Origin: Sideroxydans sp. | GTDB lineage: Bacteria; Pseudomonadota; Gammaproteobacteria; Burkholderiales; Gallionellaceae | Length of the DNA: 64,000 bases | Direction of reading: 5' to 3' | Assembly (NCBI GenBank): GCA_013791855.1 | Contig: VMTA01000018.1 | Location: 117,659 to 181,658 of the forward strand | Position numbers and translations under genes: made by a program | Notes under the pieces: model-generated | What the model was told of the DNA's origin: nothing | What the model saw: the letters and a program-made list of their open reading frames with translations, nothing else | The model's database searches: none | Shown here: piece by piece, positions 16,698-27,051 of the stretch | How positions within the stretch are numbered: position 1 is the first letter of the stretch | Layout: every line of letters starts with the position of its first letter

Positions 16698-17776
16698 AAC
16701 CCAGTATCGCGGACAAACTCGCGCGTCTCGCCGAGCGTTTGGATGAGGTCACGCGCCTGCTAAGCAGCGAAGAAGCCACGCGTGATATGGACGCTTTCCG
16801 CAAACTCAATCGCGAGCGCGTGGAGATCGAACCGGTGGTCGAGCTGTTTCAGGCATACCAGTCGGCCCAAGCCGACATCGCTGCAGCGCAGGAGATGGCC
16901 GACGATCCGGCTATGCGCGAATTCGCCGATGAAGAGATCAAGGCCGGACAAGAGAAGCTGGCGCAGCTCGAGATCGAATTGCAGAAACAGTTGCTGCCGA
17001 AAGATCCAAACGACGAGCGCAACGTGTTCCTCGAAGTGCGTGCCGGTACCGGCGGCGATGAGGCGGCGCTGTTCGCGGGCGATCTGTTCCGCATGTATCT
17101 GCGTTTTGCAGAGCGCCGCCGCTGGCAGGTGGAGGTCATCTCGGAAAGTCCGGGCGAGGTCGGCGGCTACAAGGAAGTCATCGCGCGCATCATCGGCCAG
17201 GGCGCGTATTCCGTTCTGAAATTCGAATCGGGTGCTCATCGTGTGCAGCGTGTGCCTGCCACCGAGACTCAGGGTCGCATCCACACTTCCGCCTGCACGG
17301 TCGCCATCCTGCCGGAGGCGGACGAGGTGGGCGAAGTGGCACTGAATCCCGCCGATCTGCGCATCGATACCTTCCGCGCCTCGGGCGCGGGCGGCCAGCA
17401 CATCAACAAGACCGATTCCGCTGTGCGCATCACCCACCTGCCGACCGGCACCGTGGTCGAATGCCAGGACGGGCGCTCGCAACACCAGAACAAGGCACAG
17501 GCCATGCGCGTGCTGGCCGCGCGCATCAAGGACAAGGAAGAGCAGGCGGCGCACAGCAAGATCGCCGCCGAACGCAAATCGCTGGTGGGCAGCGGTGACC
17601 GTTCCGAGCGCATCCGCACCTACAACTTCCCGCAGGGGCGCGTCACCGACCATCGCATCAACCTCACCTTGTACAAGATGGACCAGATCATGGACGGCGA
17701 TATCACCGAACTCACCGATGCGCTGATGGCCGAGCATCAGGCCGAGCAGCTGGCCGCGCTGGGACAGGAAGGCTGA
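16694..17776 (+). CDS. prfA: Peptide chain release factor 1
   Basis: PATET (PxT), [28 protein letters not shown]. Confidence 0.97.
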   Translation: MKPSIADKLARLAERLDEVTRLLSSEEATRDMDAFRKLNRERVEIEPVVELFQAYQSAQADIAAAQEMADDPAMREFADEEIKAGQEKLAQLEIELQKQLLPKDPNDERNVFLEVRAGTGGDEAALFAGDLFRMYLRFAERRRWQVEVISESPGEVGGYKEVIARIIGQGAYSVLKFESGAHRVQRVPATETQGRIHTSACTVAILPEADEVGEVALNPADLRIDTFRASGAGGQHINKTDSAVRITHLPTGTVVECQDGRSQHQNKAQAMRVLAARIKDKEEQAAHSKIAAERKSLVGSGDRSERIRTYNFPQGRVTDHRINLTLYKMDQIMDGDITELTDALMAEHQAEQLAALGQEG

Positions 17777-17781
17777 TCGGC

Positions 17782-18639
17782 ATGCCTGGCATCCGCGAGC
17801 GGTTGGCGCAGGATGTCGCTGCGATACGCCAGACATTGGGGCTGGAGCAGGATGAGGCACGCAGCGAGGTGCAAGTTTTGCTGCAGACCGCGCTGGGTGT
17901 GAATCGCGCCTACCTGCTGGCGCATCCCGAGCGAGTGCTCACCGAGCAAGAACTTTCCCGCTACCAAGCATCGTTGCAGCGCCGTTTGCAGGGCGAGCCG
18001 CTGGCATACATCCTGGGCGAGCGGGAGTTCTTCGGTCTGAATTTCAAGGTCACACCCGCCACCTTGATCCCTCGACCCGATACCGAACTGCTGGTGGAAT
18101 TGGCATTGGCGCGGATCTCGTCTGCGGGCTGCCGTGTGCTCGATCTGGGCACGGGCAGCGGAGCCATCGCGCTGGCTATCGCGCACGCTCGTCCCGATGC
18201 CGAGGTGATGGCGGTGGATGCTTCAGAACCGGCGTTGTCGGTGGCGCTGGAGAACGCCAGACGTTTGCAGATTCGCAATACCAGCTTCGTTTCCAGTGAT
18301 TGGTTCTCCGCACTGGCGGGGCAGCGTTTTGACCTCATTGTCTCCAATCCACCCTATATCGCCGAAAACGACCGGCATCTGGCGCAGGGTGATCTGCGTT
18401 TCGAGCCGGCCACTGCTTTGGCGTCCGGTTCGGATGGTCTGCATGACATCCGTCGCATCATCAGCGAAGCAGGTGCTCACCTTGCGGCAGGCGGCTGGCT
18501 GATGTTGGAGCACGGTTATGACCAGGCCGAGCAGGTGCGCGCACTGCTGCTAAAGGCTGGTTTCAAAAATGTCCGGTCAGACAAGGACTTGGCAGGGATA
18601 GAGCGCGTCAGCGGCGGGCAGTACGCCGGGGGTATATAG
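17782..18639 (+). CDS. prmC: Release factor glutamine methyltransferase
   Basis: LIPRPDTE, LDLGTGSGAIA, NPPY, LEHG. Confidence 0.96.
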   Translation: MPGIRERLAQDVAAIRQTLGLEQDEARSEVQVLLQTALGVNRAYLLAHPERVLTEQELSRYQASLQRRLQGEPLAYILGEREFFGLNFKVTPATLIPRPDTELLVELALARISSAGCRVLDLGTGSGAIALAIAHARPDAEVMAVDASEPALSVALENARRLQIRNTSFVSSDWFSALAGQRFDLIVSNPPYIAENDRHLAQGDLRFEPATALASGSDGLHDIRRIISEAGAHLAAGGWLMLEHGYDQAEQVRALLLKAGFKNVRSDKDLAGIERVSGGQYAGGI

Positions 18640-18685
18640 CTCTTTTGGGGTGGTATATAGGCCGATATATAGGCCAAACGGCATA

Positions 18686-18714
18686 TAGGCAAGGCGGCAG
18701 TGGCTACCTACAAT
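18686..18714 (+). promoter_or_regulatory. Putative sigma70 promoter of the intergenic sRNA
   Basis: TAGGCA-N17-TACAAT. Confidence 0.45.
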
Positions 18715-18720
18715 CCGCCC

Positions 18721-18807
18721 CGAGTTGTGAGCTTTGAGTTGTTATCAACTCGATCTTTCATACTCTCCTCCTATTCTGGGCCATCGCAAGGTGGCCCGTT
18801 TTTTTTT
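18721..18807 (+). ncRNA. Candidate small RNA with anti-Shine-Dalgarno motif
   Basis: Upstream promoter, 5' hairpin GAGTTG/CAACTC, single-stranded CTCTCCTCCT, GCAA-tetraloop terminator with T9. Confidence 0.5.
18778..18807 (+). terminator. Intrinsic terminator
   Basis: GGGCCATC-GCAA-GGTGGCCC followed by nine T. Confidence 0.9.
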
Positions 18808-18830
18808 GCCCGCGATACGCGCGGGCAAAA

Positions 18831-20219
18831 TCAGGAGAGCAGTTTGCGCGCGCGCGCGATGGCGGCTTCGACTTGCTGCGGGGCCGTGCCGCCGGTGTGA
18901 TTGCGTGCGGCGAGTGAGCCTTCCAGTGTCAGCACGGCATAGATGTCGTCGCCTATCAGAGTCGAGAACTGCAGCAGTTCATCCAGCTTGAGGTCGGCCA
19001 GATCGCAGCCCTTGCGCTCGGCATAACGCACCGCCAGCGCGACGGCCTCGTGCGCATCGCGGAAGGGCAAGCCCTTCTTCACCAGATAATCCGCCAGATC
19101 GGTGGCTGTGGCATAGCCTTGCAAGGCTGCGGCGCGCATCGCTTCAGGTTTGACGGTTATGCCGGCGATCATGTCGGCGTAGATGCGCAGTGTCTGGGTG
19201 AGCGTGTCCACTGTGTCGAACAGCGGCTCTTTGTCTTCCTGATTGTCCTTGTTGTAAGCCAGTGGCTGGCCTTTCATCAAAGTCAGCAGGGCGACCAGAT
19301 GGCCGTTCACGCGTCCGGTCTTGCCGCGCACCAGTTCCGGCACGTCGGGGTTCTTCTTCTGCGGCATGATGGACGAGCCGGTGCAGAAACGGTCGGCGAT
19401 GTCGATGAAGCCGAAACGCGGGCTCATCCACAGGATCAGCTCTTCCGACAAACGCGACAGATGGGTCATCACCAGCGCGGCGGCGGCGGTGAATTCGATG
19501 GCGAAGTCGCGGTCGGATACGGCGTCCAAAGAGTTCTGGCAAACGGCTTCGAAGCCCAGCAATTCAGCCACGCGCTCGCGCTTGATCGGATAGCTGGTGC
19601 CGGCCAGCGCGGCCGCGCCCAAGGGCAGGCGGTTCACGCGACGACGCGCATCGATGAAACGTTCCGTATCGCGCTGGCACATCTCGAAATAGGCCAGCAG
19701 GTGATGAGCGAAGCTGACCGGCTGCGCGACTTGCAGATGCGTGAAGCCGGGCATCACGGTATGCGTGTGGTGTTGCGCCAAATCGAGCAGCGCAGATTGC
19801 AGATTCTTCAGCAAACCGACGATGGTGTCGATCTCGCTGCGCAGATAGAGACGGATGTCGGTGGCGACCTGGTCGTTGCGTGAGCGGCCTGTGTGCAGGC
19901 GCTTGCCGGCGTCGCCGACCAAGGTGGTGAGGCGCTTTTCAATGTTGAGGTGCACATCTTCCAGATCGAGAGACCACAGGAAGTCACCGGCGACGACCTC
20001 GTTCTCGATCTGCGCCAGACCGCGGCGAATGTCCTGCAGGTCCTGCTCGCTGATGATCTTGTTCTCGGCCAGCATCTGCGCATGGGCGAGAGAGCCCTGT
20101 ATATCGACCAGCGCCAGACGCTGATCGAAATCCACGGAGGCGGTATAGCGCTTCACCAGTTCTGCTACCGGTTCGTTGAAGCGTCCTGACCAGGTCTGAT
20201 TGTCTTGCATCGTTGCCAT
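18831..20219 (-). CDS. argH: Argininosuccinate lyase
   Basis: [34 protein letters not shown]; start at 20219 or 20210. Confidence 0.97.
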   Translation of the reverse strand: MATMQDNQTWSGRFNEPVAELVKRYTASVDFDQRLALVDIQGSLAHAQMLAENKIISEQDLQDIRRGLAQIENEVVAGDFLWSLDLEDVHLNIEKRLTTLVGDAGKRLHTGRSRNDQVATDIRLYLRSEIDTIVGLLKNLQSALLDLAQHHTHTVMPGFTHLQVAQPVSFAHHLLAYFEMCQRDTERFIDARRRVNRLPLGAAALAGTSYPIKRERVAELLGFEAVCQNSLDAVSDRDFAIEFTAAAALVMTHLSRLSEELILWMSPRFGFIDIADRFCTGSSIMPQKKNPDVPELVRGKTGRVNGHLVALLTLMKGQPLAYNKDNQEDKEPLFDTVDTLTQTLRIYADMIAGITVKPEAMRAAALQGYATATDLADYLVKKGLPFRDAHEAVALAVRYAERKGCDLADLKLDELLQFSTLIGDDIYAVLTLEGSLAARNHTGGTAPQQVEAAIARARKLLS

Positions 20220-20255
20220 GTCTTGTCCAGAATGAGCGGCACTCACGGGGGATCC

Positions 20256-21287
20256 ATGCCGAGGACGCGCAGTATAAATCAAAACATTCCACACCGACTG
20301 TTACCGGACTTCCGCAATCTGGGCACGGTGCTGCGCATCGTGCTGCTGGCGAACGCATTCGCGCTGGTCTGCGCAGTCGCCCAAGTCTCTACAGTCGGCG
20401 AACTGTGGCAACGCATGCTGCTGGACTCGGCGTTGTTGCAGCCGGTGTTGCTGAGTGTGATGCTGGCCTTGTATGCGCTGAATGACGTGTTGCCGCGCTA
20501 CACATACTGGCGGTCTGTGGCCGGCATTCTGGTGTTGGCGGCATGCATCACACTGTTCTTCTCGCAGCTCGGCGGTGAATTGTTCGCCGAGGCCAACGAG
20601 TCTGCGGTCTTCCTCGATCTTCGGCGCATGTTGCTGGCTGCACTGCTCACATTCGTGTTGCTGACCTATTTCCGCTGGCGCGCCATGGCGATGTCGCCGG
20701 CATTGCAGGAGGCCCGTTTGCAGGCGCTGCAGGCGCGCATCCGTCCCCATTTTCTGTTCAATAGCATCAATGCGGTGTTGGCCATCGTGCGTGCGGAACC
20801 CAAGCGCGCAGAAGCCGCGTTGGAGGACATGGCCGATCTGTTCCGCATGGCGATGAGCGATGCGCACGATCTGGTCGCATTGAAGGATGAGGTGGCACTG
20901 GCGCAGCGTTATCTGGCGCTGGAACAACTGCGCATGGGCGAGCGCTTACAGGTGCGCTGGCAGACCGAGCACATGCCGCAGCAGGCATTGATACCGCCGC
21001 TGGTGCTGCAGCCGCTGCTGGAGAATGCGGTGTATCACGGTATAGAACCTCTGGCCGCAGGCGGCATCATCAATATCGATATCCACGAAAAGAACGGCCA
21101 GTTGCATCTGTCGGTGAACAATCCACTGCCGGGCAGGACGGTGCAGTCCGATGGCAATCGGTTGGCACTGTCGAACATCCGCGAGCGGCTGTCGCTGCTT
21201 TTCGATGTGGAAGCCGAGTACCGTGTGGAACGCAACGATGACAGTTATCATGTGCACATCGTGATCCCGCTGCGCGAACTGCCATGA
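20256..21287 (+). CDS. algZ: LytS-type sensor histidine kinase, FimS/AlgZ-like
   Basis: [32 protein letters not shown]; argH-adjacent as in the argH-algZ-algR synteny. Confidence 0.85.
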   Translation: MPRTRSINQNIPHRLLPDFRNLGTVLRIVLLANAFALVCAVAQVSTVGELWQRMLLDSALLQPVLLSVMLALYALNDVLPRYTYWRSVAGILVLAACITLFFSQLGGELFAEANESAVFLDLRRMLLAALLTFVLLTYFRWRAMAMSPALQEARLQALQARIRPHFLFNSINAVLAIVRAEPKRAEAALEDMADLFRMAMSDAHDLVALKDEVALAQRYLALEQLRMGERLQVRWQTEHMPQQALIPPLVLQPLLENAVYHGIEPLAAGGIINIDIHEKNGQLHLSVNNPLPGRTVQSDGNRLALSNIRERLSLLFDVEAEYRVERNDDSYHVHIVIPLRELP

Positions 21288-22066
21288 ACGATACCGTGAT
21301 CCTGCCGCTGACCGTATTCATCGTGGACGATGAGCCGCTAGCACGCAGCCGTCTGAAAGACCTGCTGCTCGATTGCGGTGCGCAGATCGAGTTGCAGTTG
21401 GTGGGCGAGGCGGGCAACGGGCAGGAGGCGCTGGACAAGCTCAATGAGACCCCTGCCGAAGTGGTGTTGATGGACATCCGCATGCCGCAGATGGACGGGC
21501 TGGAGCTGGCGCTGCACCTGAACAAGCTGGAGCACCCGCCTGTCATCATCTTCACCACGGCCTATGATGCCTATGCCATCCAGGCATTCGAGCTGCGCGC
21601 CATCGACTATCTGCTCAAACCTATCCGCCTCGGTCGCCTGTTCGAGGCGATATCGCGTGCGCGCGATGCAGTGCCCCTGCGTACCGAAGTGTTGCGCGAG
21701 CTGATCCCGGAAGCGCGTACCCATCTGTCGGCGCACGAGCGCGGCAGGGTCATCCTCATCCCGATCGAGGACGTGATCTACCTGCGAGCCGAGATGAAAT
21801 ATGTCACGGTGCGCACCGCGACGCATGAATACCTGATCGAAGAATCGCTTACCGCTTTGGAAAAGGAATATGCTGCGCGCTTCGTGCGTATACACCGCAG
21901 CTGTCTGGTGGCGAAGTCCGCCATCGCCGGTTTCGAGAAAGGCGGCGAAGAGGGTGAGAGCGGCTGGCAGGTGAAGCTGCATGGATTGGATGAGCGGCTG
22001 CCGATCAGCCGCCGCCAATGGAGCAGCGTCAAGTCGCTGGGCGACGCGCAGGATCAGGGAGAGTAA
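21284..22066 (+). CDS. algR: LytTR response regulator, AlgR-like
   Basis: IVDDEPLAR, MDIRMP, FTTAY, YLLKP, RIHRS LytTR domain. Confidence 0.88.
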   Translation: MNDTVILPLTVFIVDDEPLARSRLKDLLLDCGAQIELQLVGEAGNGQEALDKLNETPAEVVLMDIRMPQMDGLELALHLNKLEHPPVIIFTTAYDAYAIQAFELRAIDYLLKPIRLGRLFEAISRARDAVPLRTEVLRELIPEARTHLSAHERGRVILIPIEDVIYLRAEMKYVTVRTATHEYLIEESLTALEKEYAARFVRIHRSCLVAKSAIAGFEKGGEEGESGWQVKLHGLDERLPISRRQWSSVKSLGDAQDQGE

Positions 22067-22067
22067 G

Positions 22068-22850
22068 TTGCTGACCATATTGGTGATCAATTCAAAGGGC
22101 GGCTCGGGCAAGACCACACTGACGACCAATCTGGCCGCTTATTACGCCAGCAGGAACTTTCGCACTGCCATCATCGATTACGATCCGCAGAGTTCCAGTC
22201 TGCATTGGCTGCAGGCCCGTCCGGCGACGCTGCCTGCCATCCATGCGGCCAACGGTGCGCCTGCCAAAGGCAATGCGCACCTGTCCAGTCGTCAGGGCTG
22301 GGTGCCGCTGGATACCGAAGTGCTGATCGTCGATGCGCCGGCAGGCGCCAGTGGCCTGCTGCTCAAAGATCTGGTGCGCAAGGCCAACTTCATTGTGATC
22401 CCGGTCGCGCCATCCCCCATCGACATCCGTGCCACGGCCGACTTCATCAAGGACCTTTTTCTGGTGGGCGGCGCGCGTACCAGCAATGCGCGCATGGCAG
22501 TCGTCGCCAACCGTGTGCGCAATCGCGGCAGTTCGATCTATGCTGCCCTCGAGCGTTTCCTTGCCTCACTGAAGATGCCCTTCCTCACCTCGTTGTCGGA
22601 TAGCGAGGTGTATCTGCAATCGGCCGGGGAGGGGGTGGGTATCTTTGAACTGGACGAGCTGGTGAGCGGGCGGGAGCGGCAGGAGTTCATGCCCATCGTG
22701 CGTTGGCTGGACGGGCATTTCCCCAACCGCTTCGGGGTTCGCTCAGAAGACAAGCAAGCCATCCTGGAAGGTTCGCGCAAATGGGCAGCGTTCCGTTCTG
22801 GGAGTGCCACGGGTCGATTTCCCGCATTCCAGCCATCCGTTGGCAAATGA
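22068..22850 (+). CDS. ParA/MinD-family ATPase (stand-alone)
   Basis: Deviant Walker A KGGSGKTT, DYDPQ, IVDAP, IPVAPSPID; TTG start right after the algR stop. Confidence 0.85.
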   Translation: MLTILVINSKGGSGKTTLTTNLAAYYASRNFRTAIIDYDPQSSSLHWLQARPATLPAIHAANGAPAKGNAHLSSRQGWVPLDTEVLIVDAPAGASGLLLKDLVRKANFIVIPVAPSPIDIRATADFIKDLFLVGGARTSNARMAVVANRVRNRGSSIYAALERFLASLKMPFLTSLSDSEVYLQSAGEGVGIFELDELVSGRERQEFMPIVRWLDGHFPNRFGVRSEDKQAILEGSRKWAAFRSGSATGRFPAFQPSVGK

Positions 22851-23482
22851 TGCGCGGGCTGGCGAAGTTCTTCATCCTGGCAGTGGGCCTGGCGGTGCTG
22901 GGTGGTTATCAATTGTCGCAGCTGTTCCTTGAGGTCGATGTCTCTTCCGCCAAGCGCAGCGTGCAACTGCTTGAGATCGAAGAATATCTGGACGATGCCG
23001 CCATTGGTCTGGGGCGACAGGTGCAGGAATGGAAAGACATGCTGCTGCGCATGCACAACAGTGTGCAGCATGCGCAGCATCAGCAGGGATTCAAGGAAGC
23101 CAGCATCGCGGTGCAGCATGCTCTGCTGGAAGCCAGGACCAACATGCTGGATATCGGCATGGATACGACGGATATCGATGGGCTGATCGCGGAACACAAA
23201 TCCCTGTTGAGCGAATATCTGCAAGCCTATTCCGGGTTGAGATCGTCTGAGGCCGGTAGCGGCTCCAGAGTCGACAAGCGGGTGCTGGGCGTGGATCGCA
23301 ACCTGCAAACACGCATCGTTCAGGTCAAATCGGCGATCTCGGAATATGCCAAGCTGCAACTGGCACGCGCGCCGCAGACACAGGGCAGCCGCAATCTCAT
23401 GGTCGGGCTGCTCGGAACGGTCTCCCTGTTAATGATGGCAGTGTTGGGTTTCGTGTACGCCCGGCGTATGCGTGCTGGCTGA
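22847..23482 (+). CDS. Membrane protein TM-4-helix chemoreceptor-like sensor-TM, no signalling domain
   Basis: QVQEWKDMLLR ... VLGVDRNL, two TM helices, stop right after TM2; ATGA overlap with the parA-like gene. Confidence 0.7.
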   Translation: MMRGLAKFFILAVGLAVLGGYQLSQLFLEVDVSSAKRSVQLLEIEEYLDDAAIGLGRQVQEWKDMLLRMHNSVQHAQHQQGFKEASIAVQHALLEARTNMLDIGMDTTDIDGLIAEHKSLLSEYLQAYSGLRSSEAGSGSRVDKRVLGVDRNLQTRIVQVKSAISEYAKLQLARAPQTQGSRNLMVGLLGTVSLLMMAVLGFVYARRMRAG

Positions 23483-23597
23483 GCGGACAGATTGCCGGAG
23501 CAATATCGCGATATCTCCCATGGAACTTTTATGGGTTTGCGGGCTCAATCCGCGCGGTGAAGACGTATGTGCCGAAAACTAACAAAAGGGATTTGAA

Positions 23598-24227
23598 ATG
23601 GTATCTACAGAGTTCGAGGCACGCCGACGTTCGATATTCTCATGGGGGGCGCTGGCCAAGCTGGGCCTGACGGCAGCATTCTTCTTGTGGTTCTACTTGA
23701 TATGGACCAGTACCGATGAATTGGATAAACGTTTGAATGCCGCCGAGGATCCGTTCGCAGTGGCACACGCTTTGCAGGCGGAATACAAGATGGAAGTGCA
23801 GGAATGGAAGAACCTGTTGTTGCGCAGCGCGGACCGTCCCAGTCTGGACAAGAACTGGCGCGCCTATGAGCAACAGTATCGCAAGGTCGCCGAGGCGGCA
23901 GAAGCGGGTCTGAAGCAGAGCGATGTCCGGGCGGTCAATGTGAAGCTGCAGTCTTTCATCGATGCGCATCAGGAGAACTATCTGCAGTACAAGAAGGAAA
24001 AGGAATCGTATGCACAGTCCGGTTACGATCCGCGCAAGGCCGATTCGGAAGTGCGTGGGATAGACCGTCCGCTCATGGAGGTGCTCGAAGCCGCCGATGA
24101 GGAGATGCAGCATGAGAAAAAACTCATCAACGGGCGCATGATCGCGCAGGCGCGCAACCAGATCGAACAGAGTCTGATGGCTTTGATCTTGATGGTATTG
24201 GTTGTGGTCTGGCGAGCGAAGTTCTAG
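23598..24227 (+). CDS. Second TM-4-helix chemoreceptor-like sensor-TM protein, no signalling domain
   Basis: EVQEWKNLLLR ... DAH ... ADSEVRGIDRPL, two TM helices, stop right after TM2. Confidence 0.75.
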   Translation: MVSTEFEARRRSIFSWGALAKLGLTAAFFLWFYLIWTSTDELDKRLNAAEDPFAVAHALQAEYKMEVQEWKNLLLRSADRPSLDKNWRAYEQQYRKVAEAAEAGLKQSDVRAVNVKLQSFIDAHQENYLQYKKEKESYAQSGYDPRKADSEVRGIDRPLMEVLEAADEEMQHEKKLINGRMIAQARNQIEQSLMALILMVLVVVWRAKF

Positions 24228-24244
24228 CGCGTTTGCCCAGCAGT

Positions 24245-24280
24245 AAAAACAAAGCCCGCGATCCGCGGGCTTTGTTGTTT
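24245..24280. terminator. Bidirectional intrinsic terminator
   Basis: AAAAACAAAGCCCGCG-ATC-CGCGGGCTTTGTTGTTT between convergent genes. Confidence 0.85.
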
Positions 24281-27051
24281 TAACCGCTGTTGCGCAGTCC
24301 GGCGGCGATGCCGTTGATGGTGAGGTGGATGGCGCGCTTCACCTTCTCGTCGTCGTCGCCGTTGCGGTGGCGATGCAGCAGTGATACCTGCAGGTGATTG
24401 AGCGGATCGATGTAGGGCGTGCGCGTGGTCAGGCTGCGCGCGAAGGTCGGGTTGTCTTCCAGCAAGTGCGTGGCACCGGTGATCTTGAACAGCATGTCCA
24501 CCGTGTCTCGCCATTCCTGCTCGATCATGCCGAAAATCTTTTCGCGCAGTGCTTCATCCGGCACCAGTTCCGCATAACGCGAGGCGATACCCATGTCGGT
24601 CTTGGAAAGTACCATGTCCATGTTGGACAGCAGGCCGCTGAAGAACGCCCAATCCTTGTGCATCGCGCGCAGCTGATTCAAGCCGTCTTGGCCTTCACGT
24701 TCGACGAACTTCTTGACCGCGCTGCCGAAACCGAACCAGCCCGGCAATAGCATGCGTGTGAGACCCCAGCTGAACACCCATGGGATGGCGCGCAGGTCTT
24801 CGATGCGGGCCATCGCCTTGCGTGAAGACGGGCGGCTGCCGATGTTGAGTTCGGCGATCTCGCGGATAGGCGTTGCGGCGAAGAAGAACTCGGTGAAACC
24901 CGGTGTCTCGTATACCAGCTTGCGATAGGCAGCGATGGCATCCAGGCTCATGGCTTCCATGATGCGCATGAACTCGGGATTGCCGTCCGCATTGTGCGGA
25001 TAGTCCATCAGTGTGGCTTCCATGGTCGCCGCCACCAGGATCTCCAGATTGCGACGGCCGATCTCCGGGTCGGAGTATTTGCTGGAGATGACTTCGCCCT
25101 GTTCGGTGATGCGGATCTGCGCGTTCACACTGCCCGGCGGTTGCGCCAGGATGGCTTGGTAGCTGGGGCCGCCGCCGCGTCCGACGGTGCCGCCGCGTCC
25201 GTGGAACAGGCGCAGCTCGACATCGTGTTTGTTGAACACCTCGACCAGATCCAACTCTGCCTTGTACAACTCCCAGTTAGCGGTCAGATAGCCGCCGTCC
25301 TTGTTGCTGTCGGAGTAACCGAGCATGACTTCCTGGGTGTTGTTGCGGCTGTTCTTGAGCAGTTCGCGATACCAGGGCAGTGAGAACAGCGCATCCATGA
25401 TGGCGCCGCCGCCGCGCAGGTCGTCAATGGTCTCGAACAGCGGGATGATGTTGATTTGCAGCTCGCCGTCTTTCAGCAGGCCGCTCTGCTGCAGCATCAG
25501 CGCGACCTCAAGTACGTCGCTCACCGCATCCGCTTTGGAGATGATGTAGTTGGGCAGTGCATTGCAGCCGAAGCGGTTGTGGATGTCGGCGGCGGCTTGC
25601 ATCAGTTGCAGTTCGCCGCGTACCGTGGGCGAGAACCCATCCAGTTCGGCGGAAAGTTGCTTGCCTGCCTGCAGGGCCGCAAGCAGGCTGGCGCGACGGG
25701 CTGCTTCGTCCTGTTGGGCGTAATCGGTGATGCCGGCCTTGGCCAGTAACTCGCTCACGACTTGCTCATGTACGGCGCTGTGCTGGCGCATGTCCAGCGG
25801 CGCCAGATGGAAGCCGAACACTTCTGCGGCCCGGCGCAGTTCGCCCATGCGGCCGCGCGACAGGTAGAACGCGCCATGCCGCTCCAGCGACTGGATGACG
25901 ATGTCGAGTTCGGCGATGAATTCTTCCGCCTTGGCGTACGGCTGCACCGTCTTGGCGACAGGATGCAGGTGGTGCACACGATGTCCGAGGTGTTCGGTGG
26001 TGGCGACCAGACGTGCATAGATGGCGAGCAGGGCGCGACGATAGGGCTCATCCTCGCGGCTCTCCGCCTGGTCAGGCGAGCGTTCGGCAAAGGCGGCCAG
26101 TTCCGGGCTGATGTCGACCAAGCGATCGGAAAGACTCAGGCGTGCGCTGAGCAGATTGGTTTCGGACAGATAGTATTCGAGCGCGGTGGCGGAATGGCGC
26201 TGTGCCGCATCCAGCATCACTTCGTGCGTGACGAAGGGATTGCCGTCGCGGTCGCCGCCGATCCAGCTACCCACGCGCAGGAAAGGCGGCAGATCGAAGC
26301 GCTGACCGAAGCTTTTCTCCAGCTGCTTCTCCATGTTGCCGTACAGTTTTGGGATCTCGCGCAGGAAGGTGTAGTCGTAGAACGACAGGCCGTTGTTGAC
26401 TTCGTCCTCGACCTTCAGCTTGGTGGTGCGCAGCATGCGCGTGCTCCACAGGATGAGCACGAAACGATGCAGGGTCTCTTCGTTCTCGTCGAGCTCTTCC
26501 GGTGTCATGTCCAGGCGGTCACGTTCAGCCAGCAATTTGGAGATGACGAGTTGGCAATTCAGGATGCTCTTGCGCTGCACCTCGGTGGGGTGGGCGGTCA
26601 ACACCGGCGAGATCACTGCTTTGTCGAAGAAAGCGCGTACAGCATCCGCATCCAGCTTCTTCTCGTGGGCGTGATTCAGCACCAGCTGCATGCTGCCTTC
26701 CTGCGGACGCGAGCCGGCTTTCTGGTGGGCGCGGCGGCGGCGGTTGTGGTGCAGGTCTTCGGCGATGTTGGAAAGCTGCGAGAAATAACTGAAGGCGCGT
26801 ACCACCAGCAGTGTATCTACCGGGGAAAGCTCATCCAGCATCTGCTCCAGTTTCTCGCCGTCGCGCTCATCCTGCGTCTTGCGGAAGGTCACGGCGGCGC
26901 GGCGTATGCTTTCAATAAGCTCGTACGTCTTGTCGCCTTCCTGTTCGCGCAAAGTGTCGCCGAGCACGCGCCCGAGTAAGCGGATATCTTCGCGCAAAGG
27001 TGCGTCTTTGCTGGAGATGCTGGTGGATGCTGCGATCAGATTTGTCTTCAT
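24280..27051 (-). CDS. ppc: Phosphoenolpyruvate carboxylase
   Basis: VLTAHPTEV, WIGGDRDGNPFVT, MLGYSDSNKDGG, FHGRGGTVGRGGGP, RAIPWVF. Confidence 0.97.
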   Translation of the reverse strand: MKTNLIAASTSISSKDAPLREDIRLLGRVLGDTLREQEGDKTYELIESIRRAAVTFRKTQDERDGEKLEQMLDELSPVDTLLVVRAFSYFSQLSNIAEDLHHNRRRRAHQKAGSRPQEGSMQLVLNHAHEKKLDADAVRAFFDKAVISPVLTAHPTEVQRKSILNCQLVISKLLAERDRLDMTPEELDENEETLHRFVLILWSTRMLRTTKLKVEDEVNNGLSFYDYTFLREIPKLYGNMEKQLEKSFGQRFDLPPFLRVGSWIGGDRDGNPFVTHEVMLDAAQRHSATALEYYLSETNLLSARLSLSDRLVDISPELAAFAERSPDQAESREDEPYRRALLAIYARLVATTEHLGHRVHHLHPVAKTVQPYAKAEEFIAELDIVIQSLERHGAFYLSRGRMGELRRAAEVFGFHLAPLDMRQHSAVHEQVVSELLAKAGITDYAQQDEAARRASLLAALQAGKQLSAELDGFSPTVRGELQLMQAAADIHNRFGCNALPNYIISKADAVSDVLEVALMLQQSGLLKDGELQINIIPLFETIDDLRGGGAIMDALFSLPWYRELLKNSRNNTQEVMLGYSDSNKDGGYLTANWELYKAELDLVEVFNKHDVELRLFHGRGGTVGRGGGPSYQAILAQPPGSVNAQIRITEQGEVISSKYSDPEIGRRNLEILVAATMEATLMDYPHNADGNPEFMRIMEAMSLDAIAAYRKLVYETPGFTEFFFAATPIREIAELNIGSRPSSRKAMARIEDLRAIPWVFSWGLTRMLLPGWFGFGSAVKKFVEREGQDGLNQLRAMHKDWAFFSGLLSNMDMVLSKTDMGIASRYAELVPDEALREKIFGMIEQEWRDTVDMLFKITGATHLLEDNPTFARSLTTRTPYIDPLNHLQVSLLHRHRNGDDDEKVKRAIHLTINGIAAGLRNSG

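Noticed and set aside
22847-24227. Sensor-only genes as frameshifted MCP pseudogenes
   Set aside because: No HAMP or methyl-accepting sequence seen downstream of either; the second abuts the ppc terminator and both end cleanly after TM2
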